Assembly (NCBI GenBank): GCA_022825065.1
Contig: JAJDYR010000011.1
Span: 42,840 to 106,839, forward strand
Direction: 5' to 3'
From: a bacterium
Lineage (GTDB): Bacteria > UBA8248
Length of the DNA: 64,000 nt
Shown here: positions 52,870 through 60,931 of the stretch, piece by piece
How positions within the stretch are numbered: position 1 is the first letter of the stretch
Layout: each line of letters begins with the position of its first letter
Notes under the pieces: model-generated
Databases searched by the model: none
Told to the model about the DNA's origin: nothing
The model's input: only the letters and a program-made list of their open reading frames with translations
Translations under genes and position numbers: made by a program

Positions 52870-53955
52870 TCAAGCGCCATATCGCCGTATTGCTTCTTCG
52901 GTGAATTCCACCCCGTGCCCGGGGACGCGCGGAACCTCCATGCAGCCGTTCACCACGGGGAATTCCCGCGTGAGCGTCTCGGGAGGCAGCATCTCCACGT
53001 ACTCCACCATAAAGCCGCTCGGCGTCGCGGCGAGGAGGCTTAACGATACCTCCTGGAGCAAATGCGCGCACAACGAGAGATTATAAGCCTCCGCCAGATG
53101 AGCGATTTTACGAAACTCAGTCACACCCCCGCAGCGGCCCACGTCGGGCTGGAGAAACGCCGCCGCCCTTCTCTCGCAGATCTCGCGAAAGCCCCAGCGC
53201 ATGTATGCGTTTTCGCCCGCGGCGACGGGCACGGGACTCCTCTCGGCCACGTCCGCCAGATCGTCCACCGTATCGGCGAGCACGGGCTCCTCGAACCAGC
53301 GCACGTCGTATTCGGCGAGCATCGCGGCCACCTCGAGCGCTTCGCGGGGGTTGTATTTCTGGTTGGCGTCCGCGAACAGGATGACCGACTCGCCCGCCTC
53401 ACTTCTCAAAAGACGGATTCGCTCCTCATCCCGGTCGGTTCCCAATTTCAGCTTATACGCGCCGATTCCCTTCTCCATGAAGCCCATGCACTCATCGACC
53501 ATCTCCGCGTCGGTGAACGTGAGCCAGCCCCCGCTGCCGTACACGGGAACAGTATTCCTGAATCCGCCCAGTATCCTGTAAAGCGGCAATCCCGCCGCCC
53601 TTGCGAGGGCGTCCCAGCAGGCGGTGTCTATCGCCGAGAGCGCCTGAACGCCCAGCCCGCCGCGCATCCGGGGTTTATTCGGCCCCCACAAACGCGCCCA
53701 GAGCGCCTCGGGCGCCAGGGCGTCCTGCCCCATGGCCTGCGGCGCCAGCTCTTTTTCGATGTAGGGAACGAGCGTCGTCGAGGTCTCCCCGCCCAGGCCC
53801 ATCACGAAGCCGCAGCCCGTCGGGCCGTTTTCGGTATGGAGAAATACCACCAGATAATCGAGTTCCGACTTCGTGCTGTTCGCGCTCCCAATCGTGCGGG
53901 CGAGGGGCACCTTGAGCGATTTCGCCTCTACGCCTGATATCCTGAGTTCAGCCAC
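52870..53955 (-). CDS. Enolase-superfamily enzyme (mandelate racemase / muconate lactonizing enzyme family)
   Basis: AYKLKLG (KxK), FADANQKY, WFEEP and AAGEN blocks. 361 aa. Confidence 0.85.
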   Translation of the reverse strand: MAELRISGVEAKSLKVPLARTIGSANSTKSELDYLVVFLHTENGPTGCGFVMGLGGETSTTLVPYIEKELAPQAMGQDALAPEALWARLWGPNKPRMRGGLGVQALSAIDTACWDALARAAGLPLYRILGGFRNTVPVYGSGGWLTFTDAEMVDECMGFMEKGIGAYKLKLGTDRDEERIRLLRSEAGESVILFADANQKYNPREALEVAAMLAEYDVRWFEEPVLADTVDDLADVAERSPVPVAAGENAYMRWGFREICERRAAAFLQPDVGRCGGVTEFRKIAHLAEAYNLSLCAHLLQEVSLSLLAATPSGFMVEYVEMLPPETLTREFPVVNGCMEVPRVPGHGVEFTEEAIRRYGA

Positions 53956-54055
53956 CCGTCACACTCCGAAAAATCCCGCGCTTCGATACGGCAAAACAAA
54001 GGCTGCGGAGGCCCGATACACGCCCCCGCAGCCTTGAGATACGAACCGGAAAAAC

Positions 54056-55066
54056 CTAGTTCATCTTCATGCTGGCCAGCGCCTTCTCGAGCGGGCCTCT
54101 CTCGATGCCCTCGCCACCGGCGAAATCGGGCAGACGGCGAATCTTGCCGCGGCCCTTCTGCACCTTGGCGGTCGCGTTCAGCGCGTTGATGATGCGCGGC
54201 GTGATCTTATAGAGCGGCCGCACCACGTTGATGGAGCGCCTGGCGATGGAATAGTCCACCTTGCGGCCCTTCGAGATCAGCCACTTGTGATAGACCTTGG
54301 CGAACTTGTCGGGGTCTTTTTTCCAGAGGTTCGCGGACTTGAGATACGCCCGCAAATACTTCACCACGCCTTCGGGGTTGCTCTTGAGCGTCCGGGGATT
54401 CGCGAGTTCGATGAAGATCATCGCCGGCGGATTGTCGTATTTGCAGTAATCCACGATGGGCCTGCCCCATTTCTTGTCCGTGAGACGGAAAGACGTGGGC
54501 GCGCCGATGACCATCGCCTGAACCACCTTGGCCCGGAAGGCCGAGAGACGCTCCGCCGTGGTCGTGTTCATGATCTTGACGTCTTTGGGCTTCATGCCGA
54601 AGGCCGGCAGAATGCCGTTGTCAAAGACGAAGTGGGTGGACGTCCCCTTCTTCTCGGCCATGGTCTTGCCCTTGAGGTCGGCCACCGTCTTGATGGGAGA
54701 ATCGGGATGCACCCAGATCGAAATGGACTTGCACCAGGAGGAACTCGCGGAGACCATCACCAGCCCCGCCTTTTTCGCCACCCCGTCCACGTAGGGCCGC
54801 GTGGCGCCGTGGCCCACGTCGAGACTGCGCGAGAGCAGCGCCTCGATGACGAGCTTGCCTTGCGGGAACACCTTCACGCTCCAATTGCCCTTGCCGAACT
54901 CCTCGTCAAAATAGCCCATCCCCATGGCGACCGCCGTGAAGGAGCCGAACGTCTGGCGGTGCATGCCGATGCGGAACTTGGCCGCCTCGGCGTCGGTCGT
55001 CACGAAACCGACCGGCACGAGGCTCAGCGCGAGGATCAGACTTAAAAACCCGAACCACTTTCTCAT
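54056..55066 (-). CDS. Periplasmic substrate-binding protein (NMT1/SsuA-like), orphan
   Basis: Start MRKWFGFLSLILALSLVPVGFVTTDAEA (signal peptide; ATG at complement of 55064-55066, after GAGGAG). No adjacent permease or ATPase genes. Confidence 0.55.
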   Translation of the reverse strand: MRKWFGFLSLILALSLVPVGFVTTDAEAAKFRIGMHRQTFGSFTAVAMGMGYFDEEFGKGNWSVKVFPQGKLVIEALLSRSLDVGHGATRPYVDGVAKKAGLVMVSASSSWCKSISIWVHPDSPIKTVADLKGKTMAEKKGTSTHFVFDNGILPAFGMKPKDVKIMNTTTAERLSAFRAKVVQAMVIGAPTSFRLTDKKWGRPIVDYCKYDNPPAMIFIELANPRTLKSNPEGVVKYLRAYLKSANLWKKDPDKFAKVYHKWLISKGRKVDYSIARRSINVVRPLYKITPRIINALNATAKVQKGRGKIRRLPDFAGGEGIERGPLEKALASMKMN

Positions 55067-55195
55067 CTTGTTTCTCCTCTCGGAAAATGAAAATGGACAG
55101 TTTGCCTCACAAAATAGTGGACGCTTTTCTTGAACTGGATGGACAGAGTATGCCACAAGCGCCATTTCGTTGCATCCGGCGCAATGCGCCCTGCC

Positions 55196-55448
55196 GAGGG
55201 TTGTTGGAATAGTCCACACAGGTCCGGAACTGTCCACTGCCGTCATTCCGGCGAAAGCCGAAACCGGGCGGAGGCGCAGGCTCTCTCCTTGAAAACCAAC
55301 CCCCCCTACCCCCCCTTGACAGGGGGGCAAGAAAAACCAAAACCCCTAAGCCCGGCGAGGGCGCATCGCCTTTTTTTACCCCCCTGTCAAGGGGGGGTAG
55401 GGGGGGTTGCCTTTATCCCTTGAGGATGAGGGCTTTTTCAACAACCCC
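55196..55448. repeat. TIR-bounded mosaic element E12 (CATTCCGGCGAAAGCCG hairpin plus C7TAC7 core 55296-55410)
   Basis: gagggttgttggaatagtcc (degenerate) ... gggctttttcaacaacccc. Confidence 0.8.
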
Positions 55449-55515
55449 CGACAGGGAGTCAGAAAACCGATGCCCCCGACGGGGGTTTTCAAGAGACAAG
55501 GAGCGGACACCCATC

Positions 55516-56331
55516 TCAAAGCCGCATCAGATCCTCGCCGGCGACGATCTCGCCGTCGAAATAAGGGGCTATCGCCTCGCGCACCTTCTCATTCGGCGCC
55601 AGGGGCGGGACGACGTGCGAGAACACCAGTTTCCCGGCGCCTGCCTCGGCGGCCGTTCTCCCGACTTCTTCCGCCGTGGCGTGGTGGGCCGCCACAATCT
55701 TCGCCGTGGCCCGGAAACTCCCGTAATTCTCGTTGATCAGTTCCGGCAGGCAGGGGTGCATCACCAATACGTCCGCCCCCCGCGCGAGAGGAACCAGCTT
55801 GTCCGTGGGGCTGCCGTCGCTCGCGATGACGATCTTTCTCCCCTCCGCCTCGAACGCGTAGGAGACGATGTCGTCCACGTTGCCGTGATGCGTGCCCTTG
55901 TCCACGCGGACCCCGATGCCGTCCACCTCGAGCGCATCGCCGGGCGCAAGGACGGTCACCTCGATGTCGCTTCCCGCCCTGGGCTTCCCCTCCTCCGCCC
56001 TCAGATCGATGTCGTACTCGTAATAGCGGAGCATCCGCTCGACGATTTCCTTGACGGGCGGCGGCCCGTAGACCTGGAGCGGCGTCGATGCGCCCATGAT
56101 CCACCGCGAGATGAAGAACTCGCCGAAACCCGTGTAGTGATCGGAGTGGAAATGCGTGAAGAACAGGTGGTCCACCTTGCTGACCTGAAAGCCCGACTTC
56201 ATGATCTGGGTGGCGGCGTGCCGGGCGGCGTCGACGAGATAGAGCTTACCGCCCTTGACGAGCGCGTTGCACGGGCCGCTTTTTTCAGGAGTAGGCGGCG
56301 GCGCGCCCACGCCCAGGAGTATGAGTTCCAA
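55516..56331 (-). CDS. MBL-fold metallo-hydrolase (RNase Z / beta-lactamase-like)
   Basis: FFTHFHSDHY (HxHxDH). I chose the TTG start at complement of 56329-56331, after GGGGAGGA, giving MELILLGVG. The start is uncertain. Confidence 0.7.
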   Translation of the reverse strand: MELILLGVGAPPPTPEKSGPCNALVKGGKLYLVDAARHAATQIMKSGFQVSKVDHLFFTHFHSDHYTGFGEFFISRWIMGASTPLQVYGPPPVKEIVERMLRYYEYDIDLRAEEGKPRAGSDIEVTVLAPGDALEVDGIGVRVDKGTHHGNVDDIVSYAFEAEGRKIVIASDGSPTDKLVPLARGADVLVMHPCLPELINENYGSFRATAKIVAAHHATAEEVGRTAAEAGAGKLVFSHVVPPLAPNEKVREAIAPYFDGEIVAGEDLMRL

Positions 56332-56442
56332 AACGGGTTTCCTCCCCTTCACCAGAGTGTGTGAGCGTCTTGCCCGAACGGATTCCTGGGGGTATTCTTG
56401 CGCGAACATCCTCATTCACGTCAACCGGAAAGAGAGACAACC

Positions 56443-57303
56443 ATGAAGCGCCTGTCCGAACATCTATATGCAGAGACCGACTACGATTGGGCGAACGTGG
56501 GCGCCGCCGTTACCGATAACGGCGTCGTCCTCCTGGACTGCCCGGTGCGGCCGAGCGATTCGCGCAAATGGCAGGAAGAGGTCTCGGCCTTAAGCCCCCG
56601 GGGCGTGCGCTACCTCATCGCCACCGACTACCACGGCGACCACACCACGGGCTCCTCGTTCATCGAGGGAGACGTGGCGCTCATCGCCCCCCAGTACGTG
56701 TATGACGAAATATCGAAGGGCGACAACGCATTCTCCAAGGAAATCTTCGTGAATACGCTGCGGGACCTGGGCTTCACCGAGGAGGCGGACGAGATCACGA
56801 ACGCCGCCGTGCCGCTGCCCCAGTTCTGCTTCGAGGACAGCCTCACGCTGCACCTGCCGCCGCTCACGTTTGAGATTCACCGCAAGGGCGGCCATTCGCC
56901 TGCGTGCACCTCCGTCCTCGTGCCCGAGGAGGGCGTGCTCTTCTCAGGCGACGTCGTCATCAACGGCCCCTCGGCCGGGATGCGCGACGCCTTCGTGCAG
57001 GAATGGATAGACGCGCTCGCCTGGGTGGAGGGTCTGGACATCGAGACCATCGTCCCCGGCCACGGCGATATATGCGGGAAGGAAGTGGCCACAAAACTCA
57101 AAAATACCCTGAGCGGGATGATGGAGATCATGGTCGAGGTCGTCGCCGCCGGCAAAGAAAAAGCCGAAGCCGTCCAGGACCCGAAATTCCTCACCTATTT
57201 CCACGCCGACGAAACGCGCGGCGAATACTGGCTACAGCAGAGAAAAGACACCTTCCGCGATGGTCTCGAACGGCTTTATGACGAGGTCGTCGCGCAGCGC
57301 TAG
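56443..57303 (+). CDS. MBL-fold metallo-hydrolase
   Basis: ATG at 56443. VVLLDCPVRPSD...LIATDYHGDHTTG... Divergent from 55516..56331. Confidence 0.7.
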   Translation: MKRLSEHLYAETDYDWANVGAAVTDNGVVLLDCPVRPSDSRKWQEEVSALSPRGVRYLIATDYHGDHTTGSSFIEGDVALIAPQYVYDEISKGDNAFSKEIFVNTLRDLGFTEEADEITNAAVPLPQFCFEDSLTLHLPPLTFEIHRKGGHSPACTSVLVPEEGVLFSGDVVINGPSAGMRDAFVQEWIDALAWVEGLDIETIVPGHGDICGKEVATKLKNTLSGMMEIMVEVVAAGKEKAEAVQDPKFLTYFHADETRGEYWLQQRKDTFRDGLERLYDEVVAQR

Positions 57304-57339
57304 AAACCGGCTCCATCATTATCCGACAAGGAGGCGTAA

Positions 57340-57768
57340 ATGAGAGTAGAAGAGAAGAGAATCGGCCGCATCTTCCGCGTCACGCTCGAGGCCGGAGACA
57401 ATTTCTATACGAACCTGTGCGATCTCGTGAAGGAGAAGAACATCCGCGCGGGTTCGGTTTTCCTCATCGGCGCCCTCGCTGAGACGGACATGATATCGGG
57501 CTTCAAGAGCATGGACGGCTACGACGTCGACCGCCTGCACTTCGAAGGCTGGCGCGAACTCGTGGCGCTCGGCAACATCACCTGGCCGGACGAACCGCCC
57601 CTGGCGCTCGGCGACGTGACCTGGGACGAGCCCCAGCCCTACGTCCACGTGCACATGGCCATCAGCGGCGGGCCGGGCGAACCCGAGAAAGTCCTGGCGG
57701 GCCACCTGAGCGACGGCGTCATCAAAGGCGGGATGGTCGTCGAAATCTACGAACACCTCGACGCCTAG
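57340..57768 (+). CDS. PPC-domain (DUF296) protein
   Basis: 142 aa. GRIFRVTLEAGDNFYTNLCDLVKEKNIRAGSVFLIGAL...HVHMAISGG......LAGHLSDGVIKGGMVVEI. Confidence 0.55.
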   Translation: MRVEEKRIGRIFRVTLEAGDNFYTNLCDLVKEKNIRAGSVFLIGALAETDMISGFKSMDGYDVDRLHFEGWRELVALGNITWPDEPPLALGDVTWDEPQPYVHVHMAISGGPGEPEKVLAGHLSDGVIKGGMVVEIYEHLDA

Positions 57769-57793
57769 ATGCGTCCCTGATCCGCCACAGTGC

Positions 57794-58031
57794 GGGGCTG
57801 CGGGAAAAGCTCCCTTTTTCGGGGGTAGAGGGGATGCCCCTCTTGACGGGAAAACCAACCCCCCCTGCCCCCCCTTGTCAGGGGGGTATAAAAAGGCGAT
57901 GCGCCCCCGCTGGACTGAGGGGGTTTTGCTTTTTCTTGCCCCCCTGACAAGGGGGGGTAGGGGGGGTTGCATTTATATGGGGTTTCCCTTTCAGAGGGTT
58001 GCCATTCCCCTCTCAGGGGTTTTCAACAGCC
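57794..58031. repeat. Mosaic element E13 (C7TAC7 core 57855-57970; degenerate left end)
   Basis: Right end ggggttttcaacagcc. Left end ggggctgcgggaaaagctcc is only weakly TIR-like. Confidence 0.7.
57901..57937 (+). terminator. Terminator-like module inside the E13 core
   Basis: GCGCCCCC-gctggactga-GGGGG followed by TTTTGCTTTTTCTT on the + strand, co-oriented with the gene ending at 57768. Confidence 0.55.
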
Positions 58032-58073
58032 ACAACCATCGACGTTTGAAACAGTTTTGCAAGGAAAGAGACA

Positions 58074-59225
58074 ATGAACGAATCCTCACTCGATAACCTC
58101 CCCTTCGCGCCCAGCGAAGACCCCTTCGTCGTGGAGCACGGCGGCTTCTACCGCCGGTGGTTCTCCATGATCGAGGACATCGAGGAACTCAAAAGCGCCG
58201 TCGCGTCTCTTAAGGGCACGACCGACGATCTTTGGGTTCCCGTATGGCGCGAGATAGGCGCGCGCTATGAAGAACTGGCGGAGGAGTCCGCCGCAAGCGG
58301 CGATACGAGCGCCGCGCGGGAGAAATTCCTGCTCGCCAAAACCTACTACAGCCTCGCGCGTTTTCCCCGGCCCCTCACACCGCTCAAGGAACAGGCGAAC
58401 CGCGACTGTATCCGCGCGTATCTGAAATCATGCGAATTCCTCGACCCGCCGCTCGAAGTCGTCGGCGTAGAGTGCGGGAGCGAGCGCATCACCTCCCATT
58501 TCCGCGCACCGAAAGAAGCGAGCGCGGCAAACCCCGTCCCCGCCGTCCTCGTCATGTGCGGCGGGGACATGTTCAAGGAAGACCGCGGCTGGGCGGGCGA
58601 GATGGCCCTGGAACACGGCCTCGCCACCCTGGTGATGGACGGCCCCGGCACGGGGGAGAACCCCTTTCCATACGAACCCGAATCCGTCTCGGCGTGGAAG
58701 GCGGCGGTCGACTACCTCGCCGCCCGGCCCGAGGTGGACTCTGAGCGCATCGGCGCATTCGGCATCAGCCGGGGCGGGCATTCGGTGATGCTGCTCGCGG
58801 GCTCCTATCCCGAAAAGGTGCGCGCCGCCGTGGCGAGCGCGGGCCACCACTTCGGCTACCGCATGACCGAGGCCGAGATGGCGAACTACGTCGCCAACAG
58901 CAAAAGGCGCGCGGCTTATATCTTCGGCGCGCCCGGCGACGGCCCCTCGTTTCCGCCCACCACCGTCGAGAAAGAAGAGGCGCTCTTCAAGCGCTGGTCG
59001 CTGAGCGAACTCGGCCTCGTGGAGAAAATCGTCTGCCCCGTCCTGATGATCAACGGAAAACACGATCACCTGGCTCCTATCGGAAACATCTACTACATGC
59101 TCGAACACGGCCCCGTGACCGGCAGGGAGGCGCGGGTCTACCCGGATGACGGCCACTGCGCCTTCAAGCACTTCGCCGAATGGGCGCCCGAGTCCTTTCG
59201 GTGGTTGCGGGAGAGGTTGGGGTGA
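58074..59225 (+). CDS. Alpha/beta-hydrolase-fold protein (FrsA/DUF1100-like)
   Basis: 383 aa. LVMDGPGTGENP and nucleophile elbow GAFGISRGGH. A distant paralogue of 34515..35738. Confidence 0.65.
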   Translation: MNESSLDNLPFAPSEDPFVVEHGGFYRRWFSMIEDIEELKSAVASLKGTTDDLWVPVWREIGARYEELAEESAASGDTSAAREKFLLAKTYYSLARFPRPLTPLKEQANRDCIRAYLKSCEFLDPPLEVVGVECGSERITSHFRAPKEASAANPVPAVLVMCGGDMFKEDRGWAGEMALEHGLATLVMDGPGTGENPFPYEPESVSAWKAAVDYLAARPEVDSERIGAFGISRGGHSVMLLAGSYPEKVRAAVASAGHHFGYRMTEAEMANYVANSKRRAAYIFGAPGDGPSFPPTTVEKEEALFKRWSLSELGLVEKIVCPVLMINGKHDHLAPIGNIYYMLEHGPVTGREARVYPDDGHCAFKHFAEWAPESFRWLRERLG

Positions 59226-59395
59226 GGGCGTCGTGGATATCCAGCGTTGTCTGATCTTTGTTCGGATCGCAGATTCAATGCCTATCGAGCTTTGCAGAAA
59301 TGACTCTCCCCTTACGAGCGTGGTATACTAGCGAAAGTATTACAGAAGTAATTCCAAGCCGTCTTTTTCACCGCTGAGAGACAAGGAGTAGGTCC

Positions 59396-60055
59396 ATGTC
59401 AAAGGTGGCTGATTCCATCGAAGTTTTCCAGGACTTGTTCCTGACTTGTCCCGACGAGAGCTGTTCACGTCTTCGCGAAGCGCTCCTAGAACATACTCAG
59501 GCGCCCTGGCGGCATGTTGAAGAACTTGAAAAGAAAATCCAGCAAGACGGTCATGACGTTATGGCGTTCGAACGTGAGTCCGGGGACAGTCTTCCCCCTT
59601 CTCGTTTGGTGCTCTGGGAAGAAGCAGGTGGGTATAAAGTAACGAATATCGTGCCGCTGGAGAACGGTGAACTCGGGGTAACCGATTATAATGATGCCCT
59701 CAACGACTTCAAAGACCGAATCGTAACGCCCGCTTCAATGGATTCTAAGTTCAGTGTAAAAATTACTCCTCGCGAACAATCCATTGCCGATTGGACATCA
59801 AAAGAAGCAACTGATGCCCTTCACCGCTTTTCCGGGGGGGCGAACAAATTCACCGGGTCGGGCCATCCTTCGGACAGAAAACGGTGGCTTGAGTTCCTGA
59901 TGTCCGCCTACAAGTCCAAAACCAAGCTCGACCCGGAATTGCTGGAACGATGGCTGGTGGAAGTGGAGGAATGGCCGCCAGACGTCGCCTCCAGACTCGC
60001 CATTCAATATGAATTCGGACTGGACCTATTGAACGAATATGATTGTTCCTGCTGA
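59396..60055 (+). CDS. Hypothetical protein, first gene of a low-GC two-gene module
   Basis: 219 aa, RBS aaggag. I recognise no motif. Its stop lies 2 nt before the start of the next gene. Confidence 0.55.
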   Translation: MSKVADSIEVFQDLFLTCPDESCSRLREALLEHTQAPWRHVEELEKKIQQDGHDVMAFERESGDSLPPSRLVLWEEAGGYKVTNIVPLENGELGVTDYNDALNDFKDRIVTPASMDSKFSVKITPREQSIADWTSKEATDALHRFSGGANKFTGSGHPSDRKRWLEFLMSAYKSKTKLDPELLERWLVEVEEWPPDVASRLAIQYEFGLDLLNEYDCSC

Positions 60056-60057
60056 CG

Positions 60058-60747
60058 ATGCCGGTTCCACCGCCAAAAGATACTCCTGTCCTTTGTCTGG
60101 ACACATGCGCGATTTTGGACATCATGCGCGATCCTACACGGGAAACGATTCGCATACATGAACACGAAGCATCCCTGACTCTGCTCCGAGCGGCTGAATC
60201 GGACAAGAAGCTGATCGTCCTTGTTGCCGACCATGTGCGCGAAGAGTTCGGGGGAAATGCAGACAATGTCCAGGCGGAAGCCAAGCGCGCGATTGTGAAA
60301 TTTCAGAATCGGCTCGACGAGCTCAACGCTCTGACAGGATTGTATGGCTCGTCGCGCCAAATCGATGCAAGCCACTGGGAAGATCATGAACTTCGATGCC
60401 GTGAGGTGGCGGATCGTTGGCTGAAAGTCGGTGACTCGATATCTCATTCCGATCAGATTCTTTCGCGTGCATCTTCCCGGTCCATTCAGGCGCGCTCACC
60501 GGCTCGTAAGGGGAAAGATTCCATAAAAGACTGTGTAATCCTGGAAACCTATCTAGATCGAGTTCGTAAACTCCGAGAAGACGGTCTAACGGCTCCGATT
60601 GTGTTCGTATCATCCAATACCAGAGACTACGCGGAACTTTCCGAGGGGGAAGCTGAAGTCCGGAACGATATCAAGGACGAATTCGAATCACTGGAATTAG
60701 AATACGCTCCCAACATGGCAGCCGCCAAGCATTTCTTGAAATTTTAG
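60058..60747 (+). CDS. PIN-like domain protein (resembles DUF4935-type PIN_like nucleases)
   Basis: ATG at 60058 (MPVPPPKDTPVLCLDTCAILDIM...). Candidate acidic residues in LDTCAILD, HVREEF, KDCVILETY and FVSSNTRDY. The family assignment is from memory and needs an HMM search. Confidence 0.55.
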   Translation: MPVPPPKDTPVLCLDTCAILDIMRDPTRETIRIHEHEASLTLLRAAESDKKLIVLVADHVREEFGGNADNVQAEAKRAIVKFQNRLDELNALTGLYGSSRQIDASHWEDHELRCREVADRWLKVGDSISHSDQILSRASSRSIQARSPARKGKDSIKDCVILETYLDRVRKLREDGLTAPIVFVSSNTRDYAELSEGEAEVRNDIKDEFESLELEYAPNMAAAKHFLKF

Positions 60748-60931
60748 TCCGTTACTTTAGGAATATATCGAAAACGGACGTGAAAGTATCGGATTTTATC
60801 TAAAACTCCTGCGGGTCCGTGTCGGGTTCTCCGGCGGCCTCCCCTGAATTCGAACTTTCCCGCGTCAATCGAGTGCCATCCGTCAGGACAGGCGCAGGGG
60901 CCTGTCCCTACAAGCCGCAATCCTCGCCTCT

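Noticed and set aside
589-58031. Whether the G/C-rich repeats form a CRISPR array
   Set aside because: Copies are scattered one per intergenic region, not arrayed with regular unique spacers. The units are long nested palindromes with variable content, and no cas genes are present.
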